A DNA stretch of 64,000 nt from Amoebophrya sp. A120 (Eukaryota > Protista > Dinoflagellata): the NCBI GenBank assembly GCA_905178155.1, contig CAJINV010000001.1:4013329-4077328 (forward strand), read 5' to 3'. Numbering within the stretch: the first letter of the stretch is position 1; each line of letters begins with the position of its first letter. This document shows, one piece after another, positions 10,209 through 21,400 of this stretch. Position numbers and translations under genes: made by a program. Below the pieces are notes generated by a model. The model was not told the DNA's origin, did no database searches, and worked only from the letters and a program-made list of their open reading frames with translations.

Positions 10209-12849
10209 ATGGGTAAATTTTCGGACCGTGGCTTCGTGGTCATTACTGGCGCGGCCGGTAATTTCGGTGCGGCGATGGCGAAGAAAGTGGTGGAAGAGGG
10301 GGGCTCTGTGCTTCTCATCGACACGCCGGCATTGACGAAGCCACTGGAGGCGCTGCGCGACTACCTTGCCGACCGTGCCGCGAAAATCTTCGCCGCACAA
10401 AAAAACGCGATAAAGCGCACGGTGAGCGGGACCGTGCTGAATCAACAACTTCTCTTACAACAAGGAACTTCTAGCAGAAACGGTTCCAGCAGCGATTTGC
10501 AGAAGATCCAACAAGGAAATATTAACGGGGACGCGTCGGCGTCGAACAAACCAGTGAAGCTGGAGGATGAGAACAGTACTAGCAAAAAGTCCTCCAATGG
10601 ACCGAGCAGTCCGCTTCCCCCCGGAGCCAACTCCGTGGACAACAGCGCCACAACGACCACCAGCAGTGGCGCACCCGTCGCAGCCACACCTAATGGCCCG
10701 CCGAGCATCAATGTCTACCCTCCGGCAACTGCGTTCAGTCCCGGGTCTCGCTTGTTACCGAGTCCGATGAGCCTGCCGCATCTCCAACAGCCACGCGTTT
10801 ATGAAATGCAAATATGTCTGGGTCTGGAAGAATGGAACTTGTAATGCTGTCTGCGGATTCTAAAAATAGCTGTGTTGCATGAGCAGCAAGAGGAGTCAGC
10901 TCTTGGCACGCGGAGAGGGCATTTCTCATGCGTAATTAGCATCAAGCAGCTCTCAAAAAATCTGTGATGCTAGCACCAGCATCACAGACCTCACGGGTCA
11001 TGCAAAACGTGCATGACAATCCCCGACTCTTCCAGACCCAGACATTTTTGCATTTGATAGCGTTCTCATGTTCACGATGGACGTGCGCATCGACAGCGAG
11101 ATCGCAAAAATGGAGAACTTATCCTGTGCAAAAGTATCGCACTCGTAGTAATCGCAGCTGTGCATTACAAATCTCCATCCCAAGGCAAAACAGCATGACA
11201 AATTCCACTTATCATTCTGAGCCAATTTGTAATGCGATTACTATATATTATATTCATGCGAAAAAAGAGGTAGACAGAGGGTAAACAAGAGGTGGCCGAG
11301 AGGTCAAAAAGAGGTCAAAAGAGGTAAAAAAGAGGTCGACAGAGGTGGAGAGGTGGCGCGGGACCCCTTTCGAGAGGGTCGGCGAGAGGGTGCGCGAGTA
11401 TAGCCCGCCGAAGGCCCCACCTTAAGGCGGCGCCTAAGTGCCTCAGAGGGTGCAGAGATGTCAAAAAGAGGGGGCGCGAGAGGTCGACAGAGGTCGAGAG
11501 AGGTGGCGCGAATAAGGGGCGACCTCTCGCGGACCCTCTTGGCCACCTCTCGGCCACCTCTGTCGACCTCTACTCGCGAGTATAGCCGGATTATTAGCGG
11601 GGACCCCCAAAAGAGGCAAAAAAGAGGGTCTGCGAGAGGTCTGCGAGAGGGTAAAGACACAAAGTGGTGGGCGCGAATCCGCATGGTACTACCATTATTT
11701 GGCACTGCAGGCTATTCGCGGACTTGTTTTGTTCGGCGCCTGTCCCCGCCACCCTCTCGCGCACCCTCTCGCGCACCCTCTCGCGCCACCCTCTCGCGCA
11801 CCCTCTCGCGCCACCCTCTCACAAACCTTCTCGCGCACCCTCTCGCGCCACCCTCCCGCGCTACCCTCTCGCGCCACCCTCTCGCGCTACCCTCTGCCGC
11901 CGAGCGGCTTCTGTTCGCCCCCGGCGTTCTTTGCCGCTGCTCGCTGCGCAGAGCGCCCGCAGGCGCGGGAAGCGCGCAAGTGGTCCTGCGGGTTGGCGCG
12001 GCGCAAACCGGCGGCACGAATGCAGTGTGTTTCGTTGTGCATAGGCCCGTGGGGTTGTGGTCCGGTCGGCAAATAGTCTTGCCCCGGCCCAACAGCCTTG
12101 CGCTCCGGCGGCAGCCGGAGCATGGCTGGTTACTACTAGTGCGATACTTTTCTTTGAAATGCATAGAACTTTCTGGAGCAGGAGAAGCTGATCGTCTACG
12201 GGCTCTTCAACAACGCGGGGATCCAGGGCGAAATTCAACCCATCTACGACACCACGGTGCAGGACTTTGAGAACGTCATCCAGGTGAACGTTGTCGGTGC
12301 CTTCAAGGTTTTGCGGTCCGTAACGAAGTACATGAAAGACCGAGGGCAAAAGGGCGCTGTGGTGTCAACCTCAAGCACGGCGTGGAACGGCGTGCCAAAC
12401 ATGATCGGGTATGGACGGTTAGTAATTGAGTTGTTGAAAAGACACACAGACATAGATAAACTCGATCGAGAAGTGAGATGTCAGAAACGAATCACGAATA
12501 CCACCCAAATACAACAAAAATCAGATACTCGATGTCCAAGGCCGCGGTAGTGGGCATGACGGGCAGCGCCGGCAAGGACCTGGCACCCTTCGGGATTCGC
12601 GTGAACTGCATCTCCCCGGGCCACGTGGGCGGCACCATGTGGGACCGCAAGCTGAACCTCCAGGCCAAACTGAACACGCAGTACTGGCCGCACGGGGACC
12701 CAAAGGCCATCGGCGAGGCCATGCTGAAAAAGGTTCCCCAGCGCCGAGCCGCGGACGTGACAGAAATCATCAACGTGGTTAGCTTTCTCCTCTCCGAAGA
12801 AGCATCCTTCATGACCGGGGAGAACGTGCGTGTCGCGGGCGGGGAGTAA
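10209..12849 (+). CDS. Short-chain dehydrogenase/reductase (SDR1); join(10209..10799,11065..11119,12171..12408,12525..12849)
   Basis: TGAAGNFG, NNAG, YSMSK and RVNCISPG motifs assemble after removing two IEs and one GT-AG intron (12409-12524). A long S/N/P-rich insertion follows the Rossmann N-terminus. Confidence 0.9.
10800..11059. mobile_element. Introner element, family A
   Basis: TIR TATGAAATGCAAATATGTCTGGGTCTGGAAG / CTTCCAGACCCAGACATTTTTGCATTTGATA; direct repeat GCGTT; removal gives PRV|LMFTMDV. Confidence 0.92.
11120..12165. mobile_element. Introner element, family B, carrying nested 894-bp element
   Basis: TATCCTGTGCAAAAGTATCGCACTCGTAGTA ... TACTACTAGTGCGATACTTTTCTTTGAAATGCATA; direct repeat GAACT; removal gives MEN|FLEQEKLIVYGLFNNAG. 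Confidence 0.92.
11238..12131 (+). mobile_element. 894-bp GC-rich non-coding element (N894), copy 1
   Basis: Near-identical inverted copy at 62034-62927. Internal AGAGGT(C/G) and CCCTCTCGCG repeats. 3' hairpin CTCCGGC-GGCA-GCCGGAG followed by CATGG-CTGG. Confidence 0.9.
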
Positions 12850-12863
12850 GAAGCTCTACTGTA

Positions 12864-13529
12864 CTGACGCGAATTTTGTCTGTAGACGAAAATTTTCAAA
12901 TTTTTGCTTCCCTGCCGATGTTGGATGGATGCAGGGGCGCTGATGATGATCTGTTCGCAGAATTTCTTGGGGACATATTTTGGACGTTTTCTGAAGGCAA
13001 AAAACGTCGCGCCACAAGGCGGCCGGAGAGGGAGGCCCTTTTTCGGCGGCCTACGCCGAGCTATTTCGGCCGATTTTATCGGCCAGTCTGAAAATTTGTC
13101 TGCAGCTCTCCGGGAGGGGTCGGAAACGAGGTCGTTTCCGGAGCTCCCGAGAGAGCCAAAAATGGCCAATTCGCGAGGCTTTTTTTCGGGGCCCGGCCGG
13201 AGCTATTTCGGCCGATTTTATCGGCCAGTCTGAAAATTTGTCTGCAGCTCAGGAGGAGCACTCCCAAAAGCTACCTTTTTTGGCCTCCTTCTCAAGGCCT
13301 TCAAAAACTGCCAAAAAGGCGACACCTGCCCAGCAGCTCCAAGCGCCTCCATTTGGCGCGGCTGCTACTGCCAGTCTGCCAGCCTGTTATGCCCGCCCTT
13401 GCGAATTCCTGTGGAGCCTTCCCAAAAAACCGAAACAGGTCTCACCCTTCGCGGCAGCAAGATCGCCGGGAGGGTGCTGCGGAGTGAAAAAATTTGAAAA
13501 ATTTCGTGTACAGACAAAATTCCCGGTAG
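12864..13529. mobile_element. TA-flanked MITE-like element immediately after the SDR1 stop
   Basis: TA|CTGACGCGAATTTTGTCTGTAGACGAAAATTTTCAAATTTTT is the imperfect inverse of AAAAATTTGAAAAATTTCGTGTACAGACAAAATTCCCGGTAG|TA. Internal ~50-bp direct repeat at ~13058 and ~13200. Confidence 0.85.
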
Positions 13530-15965
13530 TATACTGTTGATCTTACTTAATAAAGATTGTACGCTCATCGCTGAACAGGATGGCGGAGGTGGCGGGCGAG
13601 GACTTCGTCACAAAATGTAATTGCGATGGAGGACGAGATGAAATATTTTTAAGACAGGTGTTGTAACATGTTCTTGTAGAAAGATTTTCTACTCACTTCG
13701 ATTTTTTATTTTAGCAAAGCGCTTCCAAATCCGCTTGGTCCGCCAATACTGGCATTGCCGCAGCTCCATTTTTCCCTTACATCCACTGCACCGCTAAGCT
13801 TACCTTTTATAACCTTATCGTCGTGTGTGTCATAACCATAAGTCAACGAAGATTGTAGTGTCACAAGGTGCTCCACCACCGCTATGCCCCCGTTTATTTG
13901 CCACCCAGGTTTACACAAATTTGCAACTTGTTTCAGTAAAACTTAACTGCGAGTTTTACTGGATTGATTTGAAGATTTTTTTTACCGATATGGGGTCAAT
14001 AATACAGGGTCGATCTTAGCACAGAAATTCTCAAATGTGCAGCAATATTTAGAAGCTGAGAAGGACAAGGAGGACAATACTGAAGCGCTTTTGGAAGGAC
14101 GATTCTCATTGTGAGTGTGCTGAAGCTGATGATGGTCAATACATCGTAAAAGCATCAATTTCATCAAATACAGCTGCTGCATTGTCCTCCCCCTCGCGAG
14201 GTCAATAAAAAAAGCAAAAGGCCAAGCTACTCCCCCCACCTAAACGTAAACGTGTATGCGCAGCTTCTTCCCGCTGCACAGCTTGCATACGCATACTCCA
14301 GCACATAAAATTGATCGCGAACCGATTCTATCCACTTTCTGGAAGAGTGAGATAGAGATGTCGTGACCAGCAGTAGTAACGGTGCCAAACTATGACCATC
14401 TACTAACGCTAACGATTTTGCCTCAGATATTTATTCATCAAACCTTAAACTTTTTTGATTGGGGCAAAACAACAAGCACTGCTTCAGCTTCTCACCAGCC
14501 GACTCGGGGTCAGCACGCTGATGGCGGGAGTTATGCTGTCAATATAGTTTCCCTCCCCCTGACGGCGATGTCAACCTTGAATAAGTTGAAAGCGAGTAGA
14601 ACGGAGGACAGCTTTGAGGTCGCTGAGAAGGAGTTTGTTCTGAATTGTCGAAGAATTTTTATATCGCAGTGATTATCTACCTATACGGTTTAGGGGCATC
14701 AAGAATTTTTACCTGTTAGTTTGTGATGTTTACGAGACCATGAGCATGACAACAGGGCGTGCAGCAGGAAGAGCCACAACTTCGTAGAATGGTATCAATT
14801 CATGATTTTCGAATCTGCGTCAAGTGAGACGGTGAGGCTGTCGTGAACGTTGATCATTAGGAACTACACCAGGCACGACTCGCGCTGCAACATTTCAGAC
14901 TGCATGACTGTACATCAGATTTGTCACATGAATCGAGGCAAAACACGCTAGACCGCTGCTGTTGGAAATAAACGTAAATCAAGAAATGTGTTGCCAGAAT
15001 GTACCTGTACCTATGTAAACTTCATCATCTTCGTCGACCTACGACATTTGCCCTCCACCGGAGGTGAGACGTTCCTTACACTTGATGGAGGATCTGACCG
15101 CGAGAAGTTTCTCCTGTTCGAGCGGAAACATCACTGAAGCAGCTGCGTCCTCCTAGTCAGTGGCGCACCACGACTTCGTGAACCGCATCGTCAAGAGCAG
15201 TACGGACGCGGTGTACAACTGATAGAAGTGTTGATGATCAGAGACCAAATAACTCATCTTCACACCGTTCGTACAGCTCGTTCTGCTAATATGTACTTGC
15301 CAGTATTTCTACTTCAGGTAGTTCGGATGGAAAATACGATCGATCAACATTCCACGCGGTCCGTTGTGGTTGATGTACTAGAGGTTTATTCGCTCCATCA
15401 CTATAACTCTTCCTTGTCGTGAGATCACGAGTGAGAAGAAGTTGAAGAGAATTTGATCGTGAAGCTTGTATCAAGGGTGAGGGAGGGAGCACGTAATATG
15501 CAATCACCATCGGATTCGGATACGACGAAAAGTATTCGTCCTGCCGTTCTTGTTCTTTCCGTAATTCTTCTGGGTGTGAAGATTTTCATCTCATCTAGAG
15601 GGTATAGGGTTCGGAATCGCATTTGCTGCCTGTTTGGTAATTATTATGTCTACGGGTCGTGTAGTACGCGTTCGTGTTGTTTATTAGCTTTCTACGGATT
15701 GACGCTAGGACGGAGGTGTTCCATGGCGTCCACGTAATACATCGAAAATTGCAGACAGACTTGTTTTTTCGTGCAGGGTGTTGCTGTGGCTCTACGTCTA
15801 GTTGAACAAATAACAAACAAGCGGCCATCTTCGGGTGTCTCGTTTCGTGGTTCGGTCGCATTTTGGGTTGGACTTTTTTTTAGATCTTTCAGAACTGCAA
15901 CAGCTGCTAGAGAATACACCATCTATTTCTTTGTTTTCCCACCCCCACCTGTGAACGAACCAATC

Positions 15966-17307
15966 ATGTCTGCCACCGGGTCAACAAATGTGGAGAGGGG
16001 TGAGGGCACGGTGGAGCCCGTGGTGCCCAACTACCCCATGAGCAGCCAACCAGGACAGCACGCTGAGTGGGCGGGAAGCGTGCCGAGCAAGTGGATGGAT
16101 CGAGCGTCTAACAACTTGCGATCAAGACACATTGTGCATACCGCTGCACGAAACGGAGATGGAGATTCGCTCGCGAGGATGGGTACAAAAGAACTCGAAA
16201 TTTCTGTATTGTTGATTGCTTCCTTTGCTTTGTTCGTCACTCATGGGCTCGTGCTTGTTGATTCTTCTTGTATGTTACTACTGCACGCGCCCGCTATCTT
16301 TTCCTGCACAGGAAGACGAGTTTGTTATATCAACCGTGTTCTTCATTCTGAATCCCGAAAGAAATGATCTGAAAACGAGGTTTTGGTTGCTACTACGAGG
16401 ACAAGCGCGGTCTGGAACGAACACACGGCCTGAAATACATTCCCGAGCCGCAGTTTCCGGAGGGGGAGTGGAAACCGCTGGTGAAGAAGGTCGAGGAGGT
16501 GTCCGGGTGGGACCGCCCGGACCGCCCCGAGGGGACGAAGCGGCCGCCCAAGATGGAGGGCCAGCGACCCACGATGCGGCGGGAGAAGCGCCACGTGCGG
16601 CAGGTGGAGTCCCACCAGGAGATCTTCGACATCCCGGAGGGCAAGCACATCGCCATGATCGACCACCTGCATCCGGACGGAAGCAAGTCCCAGCTGCGGC
16701 AGGCTGACAAAGTCGCGTTTGAAGCGACGTTGGAAAACAGCATGACCCGGAAGCGGGTGCAACCGCGAACGCTGACCGAGCAAAGGAATGGCATCCCGTG
16801 TGCGAGTTTGGGTGACAAGTACTACATATCCTGTGCAAAAGTATCGTGCTCGTAGTAATTGCAATGATGCGTGACAAATCTCCTTCTTAATTGAAATCAG
16901 CATTACAAATTCCATTTTTCATGCTGGGGGAATTTGTCATGCGATTTCTACTAGAAGTGCGATACTTTCTTTGCAGTTCATACTACAAGTTCCCGGAGTA
17001 CAGTGACAAGTTCTTCCACGGATTGTCAGCATCCACAACTGCGGAGCTGATCTGCGGCAGCGGGTTCGTGCGGGGGTCCTACCAGAAGACCATCCCGCGC
17101 ATGACGACGAACTGGGAAGCGTTTGCGGCCGAGTGCTACCCGGAGTCCTGCAGGAGAAAACCCTTCGCGCAGTTGGAAAAGGAGCGGGAGCAGAAGGAGG
17201 CCGAGGACTCCGTGGAAGTGCTGCACAAAACGTGGGAGAAGAAAGAGCTGAAATTTGGCGATCCAAAGTATGTGGAACCCAGCGACAGCGAGGATGAGTC
17301 ACCGTGA
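15966..17307 (+). CDS. SPATS1/SASRP1-like protein; join(15966..16182,16380..16826,16988..17307)
   Basis: One GT-AG intron and one IE give a continuous frame. QRNGIPCASLGDKYYKFPEYSDKFF ... KPFAQLEKEREQKEAEDSVEVLHKTW resembles the SPATS1 C-terminal region as I recall it (unverified). Confidence 0.65.
16827..16982. mobile_element. Introner element, family B
   Basis: TATCCTGTGCAAAAGTATCG ... GCGATACTTTCTTGCAGTTCATA; direct repeat CTACA; removal gives DKYY|KFPEY. Confidence 0.92.
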
Positions 17308-18429
17308 GGGCGGTGAGCAGGTGATGTGTCGAGCTGCTGGGGCTTTTTTTTCCTGAACGACGGTTCGCAGTGAAATGATGTTGATGATGAACCTCAACAT
17401 CTATTAGAACAAACAAGAGCAATGTATCATGCGCGTCCTCGTCGTCGATGCACTGACGTGTTTTCGTTGTGATGGCTGCCCGACTTCTGTACGAACTTGT
17501 CAAAGGAAATTCCTTTCGAGAAAATGAATCGGCCCCGAATGCGCGACAATATGAATGCTCCTTCGCCTCTGCGAAATGAAAAGCCGGCTTTCGCTTTTTG
17601 CTGTGTCCTGTACAACTGGCTGTTTCTCTTTTCTCGTTTCTATTGAGGAAACATGGATTCTACTACTTTCGTGGTAAACAGCTATCCACCGCGTGTCAGT
17701 CTTCGTGTACATCCTTCGGTTCGTCGCGCCACGTGATCTGTCTGTGCTTGCCAACGTCAAAAAGTAAAAATTAAAATCAAAATTTCCAATTCCATGCATC
17801 TTCGGTTCGTCCAACGTATCATGAAGGTCGTAAAGATATTTATCTTCTCGTGCGTTTCGTTGACGTTCAACATCTTGCGATCGTTTACCAGCACGACCCG
17901 TCGGTGGATTTATCGTATAATTGTTGAGCAGGACTACAAAAACCAACATTTCTATTCGTCCACATCAAAAGCAACGAGGTAGAGGCACAACGCGCGTCGT
18001 GTCTCGTGCAAGACGGTGCTTTGATTCTTCACTGTCACGACCGCCAACGGAAACCGTTGAATACTAGAACGAGCTACTGTTAGAAACCATAAGACATAGA
18101 TTGACGCTCTCCCTCTCGCTTTGCAACCTTCACTTCTTCGAAAAATGACAGTTAGAATACCCTACTTTTGGTGAAACTAGAAATTTACTAATCTACCTCC
18201 CCAGTTTATTCGCACATATAGTGTGTATCTGTATTTTTCATTTGCGTTTGCTCCCGGCATTTCTTCATCAGGAGCAGTGCATTTATCGTTGCGGAGCCCA
18301 AAGTACAACTTCACATCCGACTTTCCCCACTCATTTTGAACAACTTGAATTTCTAGGACGAGGACGGACTCGCGCTACGGCAGTTCCCGTGTTTTTTCCC
18401 GTTCTGGCCCCTTGCATGATCGCAACAAA

Positions 18430-21400
18430 ATGAGTTCGTCCTCCGAAGAGCAGCAAGAAGAGCAGGAGTTCAACAGCACGGGAAACTACTCGGAGCAGGA
18501 TTTCGCCTCGACGGGAGGGAATTCGGAGCACGATTTTGAGTCTGTGCACGGCGGGAACAATAGCAACCACGGGGACAACAATTATCCCTACAACAGCGAC
18601 TCTGCTGGAAATTACGACAGTCTCGGCGAGGATGGGGCTGAAGAGCATAATCTGTCTTCGGAAAACGAGCTAGAAGTTGCGGAGAACGCGCTTTTGTCCG
18701 CTTCCCGGTTTTCACAGGTCACGTCCAACCACGATAATTATCTTGAGCAGGAACTCCCCGCCGTCGCGCAAGTGGACACCAGGTACGTCAACGATCCGTT
18801 TTCGGCGTTCGGCGATGGGGAACACAATTCCGGCCAGTCGGAAGATCATTCCTCAGAGGACCAATTTGAAGACGAAGCCTTCCAGTCCCCGATAGCGGCA
18901 GCCGCTCCACGAACGATTCTACCAGAGGGGGAGGGGCTGGTGATGAGCACCACTTTAGTACCAGAGCGTGGGGTCGACGACCTCCAACAGCATCAGAGCT
19001 CCAGTTCGAGCGATATTCCGGATGGTATTGTCTACGGGTCTGGGCTGATGCAGGGTAAAGCGGTCGATGAGGAGGACGATGACGAGGACCATGAGGTTGA
19101 CACGCAATTGACAAGGACCGTCCTTGCGGCCAGCGGCGGGGCTTTGCCTCCGGGCGGCGCCGTTCTGGTCGAGGGCCAAGCGGGGTTTGAAGACGACGGT
19201 GTTGAGGGCAGCCAAGGGGAGTTGGCGGAAAACCTCAGCCTGGTGTCGTCTTCTTTGGAAAAAATCAACGGTTTGAAAACGAAGAGCAACACTTCTTCAA
19301 AAACAGCCTGGGACCGCGAGCAGGAGAGACAGAGGAGACAGGACATGATCACGGAAAGCAGGGCAAAAGCTGTCGTGCAAGTGGTCGCACCGACCGCCAC
19401 CAGAATGGTCTACCACCAGCAACAAACGACCTCGAGTAGAAGCAGGCCCGGCATCAGTACAACTTCCAGCAAGACCGAGAGTGTGGAAGACGTGAAGGAA
19501 AAGCTCGCATCGTTGCAGGAGCGTAGGAACGAGCGCACAGCCAAGATGAACAACTACCTCCAGCGTCACGACATTGTGTCGCCGACACGGGTGGGAGGAG
19601 CAACAGCAACAGCAACTTCTACATCGAATCGGCCTAATATCGCACCAATCACAGCTACGACCCTCGATCTAAACGCGGCCCGGCGGCAGCAGGCGGAGAA
19701 GCGATCGAGCCCGCGACAGCACAAGACCAAGCACGTACTCGCCGCGACGTACCGCAAAGAGATTTTAAGCGCTGCGTCGAACGCCGCAACGACCAGTGTG
19801 TACGACACCTGCTCCGCACCGAGTACGGCTCGGAACAATTTGATGAAGCAGCAGCTGTTGGCCGATCCCGACCGTCTGTTTGACGAGGAAGAGGAAGATG
19901 AGGAGGACGACGTCCCGGCTTACACCCTGCCGATGAAGCTGATCGCCAGAACGAACTACGAGGAGTCAGAAGAAGAGGAAGTGGTCGATGACTTGGACAA
20001 CGGCTTGCTCTTAGACTTCGACTTAGACGTCGCTCAGCTACAGGCACAGCAACAGATGATGCAGCAGGCGGGCGGGAATGGTCCTCAGATGAGCACCCGA
20101 CCAGGTGGCAACTTGGGTGGAAACAAGAGTCTGCGCATGAAGGGCGGCGGCCTATTCTCCTCGGCATCAACGTCCGGTCCGCAGAATTCCTCCCCTCCCG
20201 GCCCTGCTTTGCGGGGCATTATGGCTGGTAGTGGACTACAGCCTGCACCTGCTGTCGGGTCTTCTTCATCTCAGTACCGCGGGCGCAGTGGGGCTGGAAG
20301 TAGTAGTGCAGAGAGGAGGAGAAAAAACAGCCCGGGCCGCAGTGCGGAAGACCACAGTACGGGGGTGCTGACCACAAAATTCGGCAGTAACCGTATTCCA
20401 AACATCGCCCCACGAGCGGCAGAGCCGTGCCTCGAGGTGGTGAACTTGGGCACACCGCCGCCAACCGCTGTTTCTTGCTTTTACGGGGGCGACGAGCGGA
20501 GCAGTGCACCCGCGAGCGCCCGCACCTCGGGCAGTGCGAGGGGATCTGCCAGCACTAGTAACAACAATCCGGCACAGAGACCGCCATCGCTGGGGGGAAG
20601 CAACTACCAAATCATGTTGACGCGTGCGAGCGATGCGAACCACGAGCAGGTGGACATCACGCCGCGAAAGAAGGACCCGACCAAGCACCCGGAGTTCAAG
20701 AAGCTGCAAACGAGCATCAGTGCGAAGATAAAAATGCCGGATGTTCTTGGCTACAACGTGCAGTCCATTCTCGCCGGGCGAGACGCGAGCGAGTTCTTCT
20801 CGCCTCTCCCCGCCGCGAGCGCGACAGCCGCGCGAAATAATGCCACAGGCGGGCCGCTGTCGTCCAGTGGGACGAACAAGGACTACAAGGTACTGGAATA
20901 CCAGAAGATCCAGCCGACAAAACAGCCCCAGGCCCCGACGTTCTTCAAGGCGCCAGATTTGGCACAGCACTTCCATGCGATCGAAGCTGCGAAGAAGAAG
21001 GAAATTGAGGACCAACTTCGGAAACAGCGCGAGGAGGAGCGGCGCCGACTTGCCGAAGAGGAGGAGCGACGACGGTCTATTGCTGCGATTCCCTTAAAGC
21101 CGATGCTCGGGCGCCCGGTAGGCATCGGCGCCAATCTGCAGAACGTGGTCCGGCTGAACCAGCAAAAGTGGGAGCAGACAGAGGTCAAATTTGGCGAAAG
21201 ATCCGCGTCTGCGGCGAGGCGGAAGCAAGCAGAGGCACACGCGAAGCTTCACCAGAAGATGGTATTATACATAGGAGTTAGGTTTCTGTAAATTAGAATT
21301 TCCCGCCTTTCTACACTTTGATATGATCCAACACGGCTATCGCATTTTGTTTTCGACGTTGTGATTTTTTTCACCAAGAACTACGAAAGCGTAGTTGAAG

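Noticed and set aside
11304-12270. ORFs within N894 and GC800, repeated at 61860-62861 and 36800-39660
   Set aside because: They are translations of short GC-rich repeats, and their identity between copies reflects recent DNA duplication.
13560-15900. Short ORFs in this gap and in 25900-27300, 43300-45100 and 48600-49700
   Set aside because: No motifs, coding-like composition or consistent splice models, so they were treated as intergenic or UTR.
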